The notes beneath the pieces were generated by a model. It saw only the letters and a list, made by a program, of their open reading frames with translations. It ran no database searches and was not told the origin of the DNA. The translations under genes were made by a program, and so were the position numbers. From Patescibacteria group bacterium (GTDB lineage Bacteria; Patescibacteriota; Minisyncoccia; Ryanbacterales; GWA2-47-10b), in NCBI GenBank assembly GCA_038065475.1, contig JBBTQY010000010.1, positions 3,531 to 67,530 of the forward strand: a stretch of 64,000 nucleotides of DNA. Reading direction: 5' to 3'. Below are positions 10,286 to 18,129 of the stretch, piece by piece (position 1 is the stretch's first letter; each line of letters starts with the position of its first letter).

Positions 10286-11008
10286 CTACTTGGTGGCGGC
10301 ACCCCACATTCCCTCGTTGTACCGGATCTGGTGTCGTGCCCGGTAGTCGCCCGGCAGGAAGGCCACGGGATTGACCGTGTGGACCACGTTGCCGAACTCG
10401 TCCCGCGGATTCGCGTACACGTGAGTGTGGGTGAATCCGTTGGACTCGATTTCCTCCTGGTAGATCTGCCAGGGGAGGCGACGGTACCGCTGGTTGTACA
10501 ACGCTTCCGCGACGTAGGTACTCCACGCCTCGTCGTCGGGGCTGTCCACGAAGAGCACCCTGAGATGTCGACGCCGCTTGGGATCCGTCTCCTTCTCCTG
10601 CCGGTAGCAGGTCAGGAGATCGAAGCCCGCACGGCGGAGCTCAGCGGCGAGCCCCTTGATGCTCGCCTGCGCGAGACCGCCGACGCCGAAGACCTTGCAG
10701 CCCTGATCCTGTTCGGACCCGCGCTGCTCCGTCTTGGCGCCGATGCGTCCGCCGTACTCGCGTCGTGCAGCCTGGATGGCGCGTTGACTTGCCGCGGTCA
10801 GTACATGCAGGGGGATGCCCTCTCCCGCGAACTTGCAGTCGAGCTCCGGGGTCAGCGGAAGGTTGAGCCACACGCCATCGGCGGGCGGCGCCTTCTCGGC
10901 GCTCATTTCGTGCTCGCGGCACGGCATGAGGTTGCCGCAGCGCCCCATACCACCGAGTGCTGCTGCAGTGCATGCGTAGGCGTAGCCGTAGGTTCTATTC
11001 GTCGTCAC
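10286..11008 (-). CDS. hypothetical protein in GC-rich island 2
   Basis: About 62% GC with GC3-rich codons. GTG start with a strong RBS (gaggagg). Several N-terminal Cys residues; no family recognised. Confidence 0.6.
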   Translation of the reverse strand: MTTNRTYGYAYACTAAALGGMGRCGNLMPCREHEMSAEKAPPADGVWLNLPLTPELDCKFAGEGIPLHVLTAASQRAIQAARREYGGRIGAKTEQRGSEQDQGCKVFGVGGLAQASIKGLAAELRRAGFDLLTCYRQEKETDPKRRRHLRVLFVDSPDDEAWSTYVAEALYNQRYRRLPWQIYQEEIESNGFTHTHVYANPRDEFGNVVHTVNPVAFLPGDYRARHQIRYNEGMWGAATK

Positions 11009-11194
11009 TATTCCTCCTCGCCCGGCTTTTTTACGGGCCCGTCTAGATTGAAGGGTTTGTTGGGTGAATTTTTATGGAGAACAAATGCTACTGGTGATTA
11101 TACTATATATAGTAATATTTGTCAATATTCTGGCAAAAAGTCATTATATCCAAGCCTTGCGGGAGGGGGCGTTATTTTTTATACTAGGTCTACT

Positions 11195-13018
11195 ATGATG
11201 AAGCTTACAGCCAAACATATCTTGTACGGTTTTTTGATTTTGTTTTTTCTAGCCACTTTTTATTCAGCCCTTTCTGATTCTTTTCAGCCATCAAAAGAGC
11301 TTGCTCTCTCTGAGCTGGTAGGTAGGGTAAATGCAGGAGAGGTAGAGGAAATCGTCGTTGAGGGTAGCGCGCTCGATATCAAACTGCGTGATGGCTCACG
11401 GTTCACTTCCAAAAAAGAAGAGGGTTCTTCGCTTACCGATACTCTGATCAATTACGGCGTGCCAGCCTCACAGCTCTCGACCTTCAAGCACACAGAAAAA
11501 GATCCTTCTGGACTTTCTTTTTGGGCAGGTGCATTGTTGCCAACCATCATCTCGCTGGCATTTATCATCGGATTTATCTGGTTTATGTCGCGCCAAGTAC
11601 AGCGTTCAAGCGTGCAATCGCTCAGCTTTGGTCAATCGCGCGCACGCGTTATCGCGCCTGATAGTGATCGCAATCGCGTCACCTTCAAAGACGTAGCAGG
11701 TGTCGATGAGGCAAAAGAAGAACTCCGTGAGATTGTTGAATTTTTAAAGCATCCGAAAAAGTTTCTTGATATTGGTGCGCGTATCCCGCGCGGTGTTCTT
11801 TTGATGGGTGCACCAGGTACCGGCAAAACTTTGCTCGCCAAAGCGGTTGCAGGCGAGGCGGGCGTGCCATTTTTCCAAATGTCCGCATCGGAGTTTGTAG
11901 AAATGTTTGTCGGTGTGGGTGCTTCTCGCGTACGCGATCTTTTCAAGATGGCAAAGAAGGCGTCTCCCGCGATTATCTTTATCGACGAAGTTGATGCGAT
12001 AGGTCGCCACCGCGGAGCTGGTATGGGCGGAGGTCATGACGAGCGCGAACAAACGCTCAACCAGATTTTGGTAGAGATGGATGGTTTTGATACCTCTGAT
12101 CAGGTGATTGTGATGGCAGCGACCAACCGCCCCGATATTTTGGATCCCGCACTTTTGCGCCCGGGTCGTTTCGATCGTCGCGTTATCATTGATTTGCCTG
12201 ACATTAAGCAGCGTGAGGCGATTTTGATGATTCACTCAAAACTCAAGCCACTTGCCAAAGATGTTCGTCTCAAGCAAATTGCCGAGCGCACTCCGGGTTT
12301 CTCCGGCGCTGATTTGGAAAACTTGATAAATGAGGCGGCAATCTTGGCGGCACGTGCAGGTAAGCGCGAGATCAACGAGCTGGATATTCTCAAATCAATC
12401 GATAAGGTTATTTTGGGGCCTGAACGCAAAGGGCATATCATCAACAAAGAAGAAAAGAAAATTTCTGCATATCACGAAGCAGGTCACGCGTTGGTGGCGG
12501 CCTCACTCCCCAACGCTGATCCGGTACATAAAGTATCCGTTATATCCCGCGGGCGAGCACTTGGTTACACCCTCAAGCTTCCGGCTTTTGATAGACATCT
12601 TTACTCACGCGCGCATTTCTTAGATGAGATAGCAGTAGCACTTGGCGGGTATGCGGCCGAAAGTTTTATTTTTGGTGATATGACTACAGGAGCATCCGAT
12701 GATCTTCGCAAGGCGAGTGCAATCGCACGTGATATCGTACAGCGCTATGGCATGTCAAAAAACTTGGGACCAATCACATTTGGCGAGCACAACGAATTGG
12801 TCTTTTTGGGTAAAGAAATAGGCGTTGAGAAAAATTACTCTGAGGCCACAGCACAGAAGATTGACGAGGAGGTAAGCACTATCATGAAGGGCGCGCTCAT
12901 CAAGGCTCAGAAAATTTTGCGCGAGCGTAAATCAAAGCTCGAAGAGATAGCTCGCGTGCTCATCGAGAAAGAAACTATCGAGCGCGAAGAGTTTGCGCGA
13001 ATTGTCGGAACAGCATAA
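11195..13018 (+). CDS. ftsH: ATP-dependent zinc metalloprotease FtsH
   Basis: Two N-terminal TM segments, AAA+ Walker [12 protein letters not shown], and an HEAGHA zinc site. Confidence 0.93.
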   Translation: MMKLTAKHILYGFLILFFLATFYSALSDSFQPSKELALSELVGRVNAGEVEEIVVEGSALDIKLRDGSRFTSKKEEGSSLTDTLINYGVPASQLSTFKHTEKDPSGLSFWAGALLPTIISLAFIIGFIWFMSRQVQRSSVQSLSFGQSRARVIAPDSDRNRVTFKDVAGVDEAKEELREIVEFLKHPKKFLDIGARIPRGVLLMGAPGTGKTLLAKAVAGEAGVPFFQMSASEFVEMFVGVGASRVRDLFKMAKKASPAIIFIDEVDAIGRHRGAGMGGGHDEREQTLNQILVEMDGFDTSDQVIVMAATNRPDILDPALLRPGRFDRRVIIDLPDIKQREAILMIHSKLKPLAKDVRLKQIAERTPGFSGADLENLINEAAILAARAGKREINELDILKSIDKVILGPERKGHIINKEEKKISAYHEAGHALVAASLPNADPVHKVSVISRGRALGYTLKLPAFDRHLYSRAHFLDEIAVALGGYAAESFIFGDMTTGASDDLRKASAIARDIVQRYGMSKNLGPITFGEHNELVFLGKEIGVEKNYSEATAQKIDEEVSTIMKGALIKAQKILRERKSKLEEIARVLIEKETIEREEFARIVGTA

Positions 13019-13033
13019 GATAAGTCTGTTCTT

Positions 13034-13077
13034 GCGAGTGTAGCTCAACTGGTTAGAGCACCGAGCTTATACCTCGT
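13034..13077 (+). pseudogene. tRNA 5'-half fragment (acceptor, D-arm and anticodon arm, loop CUUAUAC)
   Basis: GCGAGTG-TA-GCTC...GAGC-A-CCGAG-CTTATAC-CTCGT folds as the 5' two-thirds of a tRNA; no T-arm or acceptor 3' strand follows. Confidence 0.5.
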
Positions 13078-13182
13078 GACATGCTGGGAGCATGTCACGC
13101 CCGAGCTATTCAAGTGATAACTTGAATTAATATCGCGAGGGTGCCTTGATGTCTGGTTCGCCCCACACGGTCGGCTTACTAT

Positions 13183-13254
13183 CGGCCTGTAGCTCAACGG
13201 TAGAGCAGTCGTCTTATACACGACCGGTTGTAGGTTCGAATCCTACCAGGCCGA
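13183..13254 (+). tRNA. tRNA-Ile (anticodon UAU, predicted)
   Basis: Complete cloverleaf: acceptor CGGCCTG/CAGGCCG, anticodon stem GTCGT/ACGAC, loop CUUAUAC, T-loop TTCGAAT. Confidence 0.75.
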
Positions 13255-13294
13255 CCGTACGGGGTGAAAGTCCAGGCACTCGCACAGTAAATAA

Positions 13295-14200
13295 ATGGAA
13301 GTTATTCCCATCGATACTCTTGCGGCGCAGAAGCTCGTTTTTGATTTGATGCGAGAGTTTGGCCGTACGCCCGAACACAATGCTGATTGGTTTTTGTCTG
13401 TTGCAAAGGGTGAGGGGCGCCCGCCGCTACTCTTGCGGCTTCCTGATGGTAGGTCAGCACTTGCCTATGATGACGGCAATGAATGGGGAATGCTTGAAGA
13501 ACCACTGGTGCCTACCGGAGATATTGCGCGTACGGTATGCGATATTGCCCGGGCAGTGCTTGGCAGTACATCAGTTGCGAAAATTGTCGTTGAACTTAAA
13601 ACGCCAGTACGAAAAGAAGTTTTGAGTATATTGCCCAAAACTCTCAAGGCACGAGCTATTAACTATACGATGACATGGCCGGTCTATGATATGCATGCAT
13701 TTGATTCCGAGATTCCTGGTGGGCACTGGAAAAGTATTCGCAATGCGCGCAATAAATTTTATCGCGAACATCAGGTTGAAGTACGCGACGTGCGAGAGGT
13801 ACATGCAAGTGAGCTACATGACTTGGTTGATCGGTGGAAGGAGGTGCGTGGCGCGCATGATCGGGCGTATGATGGCAGGTATCATGCGTGCATCGATAAT
13901 AATTTCGCGGGGTTTGATGGCGCGCGCGCAATGATTGTCGATGGCAGAGTTGCCGGTATCAATGGTGGATGGAAATTTCCGGGTAAACCCGACTATTATT
14001 ATGGTGCGGTAGGGCTTCATGATTACGCTTTTCAGGATATTGGCAGTATGCTGTATCTAGAAGATTTTATATGGATCAAAAATCAAGGATATGCGTACGC
14101 TGATATGGCGGGGGGAGAGAAAGAGCTCACCCATTTTAAAAATCAGTTTCAACCTGTATCGTGGTATAAAACGCATGTTTTCTCGATAGTGCGCGCCTAA
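13295..14200 (+). CDS. MprF C-terminal (DUF2156)-like aminoacyl-tRNA-dependent transferase, GNAT-fold (putative)
   Basis: C-terminal ...ELTHFKNQFQPVSWYKTHVF resembles the FKxKFxPxWxPxY motif of lysyl-PG synthase C-domains; no TM flippase domain. Confidence 0.45.
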   Translation: MEVIPIDTLAAQKLVFDLMREFGRTPEHNADWFLSVAKGEGRPPLLLRLPDGRSALAYDDGNEWGMLEEPLVPTGDIARTVCDIARAVLGSTSVAKIVVELKTPVRKEVLSILPKTLKARAINYTMTWPVYDMHAFDSEIPGGHWKSIRNARNKFYREHQVEVRDVREVHASELHDLVDRWKEVRGAHDRAYDGRYHACIDNNFAGFDGARAMIVDGRVAGINGGWKFPGKPDYYYGAVGLHDYAFQDIGSMLYLEDFIWIKNQGYAYADMAGGEKELTHFKNQFQPVSWYKTHVFSIVRA

Positions 14201-14204
14201 CTTT

Positions 14205-15752
14205 ATGAATAATGATATAAAAAAACAATATTTGCATGTAGGTCAGGCAAGCGACCTGCAGGGCAAAAACTACGTGCTCTATCGCGCGCTTGAAATGTTG
14301 CCGGCAGCACTCGCATGGGCGACAATTGTCGCGGCCTTTTTCTTTTCATGGTGGCGCCCTGTGTGGGTGGCGGTCTTTATCATCATCTTTGATCTTTTCT
14401 GGCTTATCAAAACAGTATTTCTTTCTTTTCATGTGCGTGCCAATTGGCATCGGTTGCAGCGGCATCTTGCTATCAACTGGGAAGAAAAACTTGCAGCACT
14501 CAAATGGAGTCACCTCTGGCAATTGGTAGTAGTGCCAAGTGCTGGTGAGTCGGCAGATGTTATCCGCGAATCACTCGATTCGATTGCCGCCTCACGTTGG
14601 CCGCGTGAGCGCATGATGGTGGTACTCGCACTCGAAGACAAGGGTGATCGCGCGCATACGATGGGTGAGGAGATGCAAAAACTGTATGCAGATACATTCG
14701 GTATTTTTTCGGTTACGTATCATCCCGAGGGGGTGCCCGGCGAGATGCGTGGCAAGGGTTCCAATGAAACCTACGCGATGCGCGAGGCGCAAAAGATCGT
14801 AGACCAGCGCGGCATTCCGTATGCCGATATTTTAGTCTCATCATTTGATGAAGATACCAAGCTTTATCCGCAATATTTTTTGTGTCTTGCGTGGCACTTT
14901 TTGACTGCCGAGCGCCCACACAGGTCAAGTTTTCAGCCGGTACCTTTGTATCACAACAATGTGTGGGAGGCGGGCGCGCTCTCGCGCGTGGTGGCGGCGT
15001 CCGGCACTTTTTGGCAGATGATGCAGCAAGAGCGCCCTGAGCGCCTGACAACATTTTCATCACACTCAATGAGTTTTTTGAGTCTAGTAGAAGTTGATTT
15101 TTGGCAGATTAATATTGTATCAGAAGATTCTCGTATCTTTTGGAATCACTTTTTTTGGTATGACGGCGATTGGCGCGCGGTACCACTCTCATACCCCGTG
15201 TCGCTCGATGCCAATGCAGCGCCAACACTTTGGCAGACGGCAAAAAATATTTATAAGCAACAGCGCCGATGGGGATGGGGGGTAGAAAATGTGCCGTATA
15301 TTCTTTTTAATTTTATCAAAAACAAAAAAATACCGCGCATGACCAAGCTGCGTTTTTCGTTTAACTTACTCGAAGGGTTTTGGTCATGGGCAACCAATGC
15401 GCTTATCATTTTTGCGCTCGGTTGGCTACCGCTCTATCTTGGGGGTAGAGCGTTCAATGATACTGTGCTTTCATTTAACCTGCCGCAGATGACGCGCCGC
15501 ATCATGACTTTGGCAATGTTTGGTATCATCACCTCGGCTGCTATCTCACAGGCAATGTTGCGCCGTACTAAAGATGATTATGCGGACCGGCGCCGCGCGC
15601 CACTGGTGCTTCATTGGCTGTTGATGCCGCTTTCAATTATCTTTTTTGGTGCGTTCCCAGGGCTGGAAGCTCAAACCCGCCTCGCACTCGGTGGCAAATG
15701 GCGCTTGGGCTTTTGGGTGACACCAAAATTTAGAGAAAGCGACAGAGGTTGA
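14205..15752 (+). CDS. membrane-bound family 2 glycosyltransferase (processive, QxxRW type)
   Basis: N-terminal TM helices, GT-A core with DxD-like region, QQRRWGWG motif and a C-terminal TM bundle. Confidence 0.75.
   Translation: MNNDIKKQYLHVGQASDLQGKNYVLYRALEMLPAALAWATIVAAFFFSWWRPVWVAVFIIIFDLFWLIKTVFLSFHVRANWHRLQRHLAINWEEKLAALKWSHLWQLVVVPSAGESADVIRESLDSIAASRWPRERMMVVLALEDKGDRAHTMGEEMQKLYADTFGIFSVTYHPEGVPGEMRGKGSNETYAMREAQKIVDQRGIPYADILVSSFDEDTKLYPQYFLCLAWHFLTAERPHRSSFQPVPLYHNNVWEAGALSRVVAASGTFWQMMQQERPERLTTFSSHSMSFLSLVEVDFWQINIVSEDSRIFWNHFFWYDGDWRAVPLSYPVSLDANAAPTLWQTAKNIYKQQRRWGWGVENVPYILFNFIKNKKIPRMTKLRFSFNLLEGFWSWATNALIIFALGWLPLYLGGRAFNDTVLSFNLPQMTRRIMTLAMFGIITSAAISQAMLRRTKDDYADRRRAPLVLHWLLMPLSIIFFGAFPGLEAQTRLALGGKWRLGFWVTPKFRESDRG
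15668..15728 (+). repeat. direct repeat R1 (GT2 3'-end copy A)
   Basis: Matches 60 of 61 nt with 17673..17733. Confidence 0.85.
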
Positions 15753-15759
15753 TTCTCCA

Positions 15760-17604
15760 TTGTCGCTGGCGTGTCGAGTGTTTTATACTCAGAGCATGTC
15801 TTTTGAGAAAGAAACTCCTCCAGAATCTGAAAATTCTTCTGAAAATATTGAACTTCCCGGTCCCCGTCTGCGGGGGATTTTTCGTTCATTAAAGCTTCTC
15901 GAAAAGGCAGACTTCGGAGAAGGAGAAGTTAGCTGGAGAGAGCTGTGGCAGCAGGTAAAGCCGTTTGAGAATGGTGTTGAGTTTTCAGATAATATACGCG
16001 AAGTTGTGCGCCAGTGGGTCGCTCAAAAAATTCCCACACTAAGAGAGAGCGTGAAATCTCTCGAAGATATCCCAGACGATGCTCTGGTCGATGCGCTCGG
16101 GCAAAATTGGTTTGAATCACTTGATGATGAAGAGAGGGGATTTGAAGTATCCGGTCAGCGGAGGGAGGTTTTGCTTACCGTTATGGCGGGTGTTGTAAGC
16201 CGGATTGAGGCAAGTATGACCAAGAGTATCATCAAGCACGCTTCACCTGAGGATTTAGAAAAATTAGGTCTTACCGAAAACCTAAGAGATCTTGCGTCAG
16301 ACGTACTCGAGGCCTCCATCAAAGCCAATCCCTTGTGGGTTCGGTTTCGAGCTTTCTCTCTACTGACGCCGAAGCCACCAGCGAATGAAGAAACGGGTAT
16401 CAAAGCAACGGGCGTCAAAATGTTCGTGCCCGGTGATCCAAACCCTCATACAATAGCAGAACTATTTCCGCATGAGACTCAAGCTATTGCCCAACGTTTT
16501 GCAGGCATCGTTGAGCGGGGAGGCCCGTGGCTTGAGCATCCCGGTGCTGATGCTTTCCAAAAATATGTTGAAGGCTTATTGGCTTTTTATGCAGAAAAAG
16601 ACCCCGATGTCGCGGAAGGACGTCTTCAGGGGTTGGAAAAACTTTATCTTGATGTTATCGCTTCTGGGTTTCCTATTCTTATTAACTCGGGACGCTTTGG
16701 CATGTATAAAGAGCCGTATTTGGATCCAGAATTGAAAATATCTCTCGTCACCCCTGATGCAAAAAACGAGCTTAGTTTTTTCGAGCAAGCAAAAAAAGCT
16801 ATGGCAGAGAGTTTTGACGATCTTAATCTTGGTGAGTTTCAAAAAGCGCTTCAAGAGCGTCCGGTGGCAAGCGGCGTTGTTGTCGGGAGTTTCGGCGTCA
16901 ATACGGTGTTCAGTGCAGTTGCACAGGAGCGTCCCGCTATCTTTCTTTTTTATGATAGACAGGTACAAGCGTATGATCGCAAGTTCCCCGCGCTCATGGA
17001 GCTTGCGGGGGATAGCGAAGTATTGTTTGAAGGTATGAATGAAGAAGAAAGGCGGGAAACTATGGAAAGAATGTCGCGCATGCTCACGATGCTTCATGAA
17101 TACGGACATGATGTTTTCCCGCACAAAACTGACGAAAGTGTTCTGACTCCTGCCTATGAGCGCTTTGATGGACATCTGGCAACTGTTATTGATGAGATTA
17201 AGGCTGAAAATTATTATCGTGCCCTTGTACCTAGTATCATCGAGCGAGGCGGCCTTGAGGGTACCAAAGAGCAATGGGCAACAGCAATGGTGATGAGTTC
17301 GCTACAGGTAGCAGGCGAGCAGCCAAACGGAAGTGAATATTATTATGCGGCCACCTATTCGCTCAATCGGCTTTTCCAAGAAGGCGTTGTTACGTTTTCA
17401 GAGGGTCAGGTGCATATTCACGATTTTGAGCGTTTATATCAAATAAATAAAGAAAACGCAGAAGCACTCTCGCGTATACACACCGATGAGAATATGACCA
17501 AGCGCAAGACTCAAACATGGATACGAGAAAACTGCAAAGCGTCGCCTGAGGTTACCGAAGTAGTGAGCTCTATAAAAAAGCTTTTAAAAGGTAAAGAAAA
17601 CTAA
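15760..17604 (+). CDS. hypothetical HExxH zinc metallopeptidase-like protein
   Basis: Motif LHEYGHDVF with Glu about 20 residues downstream, consistent with clan MA. TTG start with an AGAGG RBS; an alternative ATG is at 15796. Confidence 0.55.
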   Translation: MSLACRVFYTQSMSFEKETPPESENSSENIELPGPRLRGIFRSLKLLEKADFGEGEVSWRELWQQVKPFENGVEFSDNIREVVRQWVAQKIPTLRESVKSLEDIPDDALVDALGQNWFESLDDEERGFEVSGQRREVLLTVMAGVVSRIEASMTKSIIKHASPEDLEKLGLTENLRDLASDVLEASIKANPLWVRFRAFSLLTPKPPANEETGIKATGVKMFVPGDPNPHTIAELFPHETQAIAQRFAGIVERGGPWLEHPGADAFQKYVEGLLAFYAEKDPDVAEGRLQGLEKLYLDVIASGFPILINSGRFGMYKEPYLDPELKISLVTPDAKNELSFFEQAKKAMAESFDDLNLGEFQKALQERPVASGVVVGSFGVNTVFSAVAQERPAIFLFYDRQVQAYDRKFPALMELAGDSEVLFEGMNEEERRETMERMSRMLTMLHEYGHDVFPHKTDESVLTPAYERFDGHLATVIDEIKAENYYRALVPSIIERGGLEGTKEQWATAMVMSSLQVAGEQPNGSEYYYAATYSLNRLFQEGVVTFSEGQVHIHDFERLYQINKENAEALSRIHTDENMTKRKTQTWIRENCKASPEVTEVVSSIKKLLKGKEN

Positions 17605-17606
17605 GC

Positions 17607-17678
17607 TATTATTCAAAGTGATAATCGCTTTGCATTTTTGATACAGCCTCGGCAAGTGTAGGATGCAGAGCAAGCTCA
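17607..17678 (+). repeat. R2' (diverged copy of the RecG 3' end; its minus strand still encodes ...LHPTLAEAVSKMQSDYHFE*)
   Basis: About 88% identical to 18057..18129. Confidence 0.8.
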
Positions 17679-17733
17679 AACCCGCCTCGCACTCGGTGGC
17701 AAATGGCGCTTGGGCTTTTGGGCGACACCAAAA
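17673..17733 (+). repeat. R1' (copy of the GT2 3' end) fused to R2' at microhomology aagctca
   Basis: Matches 60 of 61 nt with 15668..15728. Confidence 0.85.
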
Positions 17734-17755
17734 AGTCGATTAAAATAATATTTTC

Positions 17756-18058
17756 GTGTGTTATAATATGTGTATGAAAATATTATTTGCTTTGGGTGCT
17801 CTTTTTTTGATCTTGGGTACTTTGATTTTAAATACACCTATTATTCCATGTTCGTCTGCCGAGTGTCATCAGTTTTTTGAAAAACTCATTTTCCTTTTCT
17901 TGTTTCCTGGAGCGTTTTTATTTAGTTTATCAGGGCTTATATTACGTCTTTTTAGACCAGAATGGAGTATATCGTTTGCCATTTATCTTCTAGTAGCAGT
18001 TTTGTTAGTTCTTTACTCGGGGTTCGGTGTGTCCACTATCCTCGTGGAACTTTACTAA
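17756..18058 (+). CDS. small hydrophobic membrane protein (100 aa)
   Basis: Three predicted TM helices in an AT-rich segment; TATAAT-like -10 element upstream. Confidence 0.45.
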   Translation: MCYNMCMKILFALGALFLILGTLILNTPIIPCSSAECHQFFEKLIFLFLFPGAFLFSLSGLILRLFRPEWSISFAIYLLVAVLLVLYSGFGVSTILVELY

Positions 18059-18129
18059 TTTACTCAAAGTGATAATCGCTTTGCATTTTTGATACAGCGT
18101 CGCGGAGCGTAGGGTGCAGAGCAAGCTCA
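18057..18129 (+). repeat. R2 (authentic RecG 3' end)
   Basis: Parent copy of R2'. Confidence 0.8.

Noticed and set aside
10244-11194. N-terminal 317-codon extension of the FtsH ORF in the six-frame track
   Set aside because: It is antisense to the GC-rich gene 10286..11008 and has no FtsH homology. FtsH starts at the ATG at 11195 ([10 protein letters not shown]) before its TM helix.
13046-13290. Group I intron splitting a tRNA-Ile
   Set aside because: The anticodon loop of the upstream fragment is intact. No downstream T-arm or 3' exon can be folded except the isolated CACUCGCA. The spacer contains a complete, independent tRNA. It is therefore reported as a fragment plus an intact tRNA rather than an intron-containing gene.
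16576-17274. 232-aa minus-strand ORF
   Set aside because: Antisense inside the 614-aa HExxH gene, with low-complexity translation.
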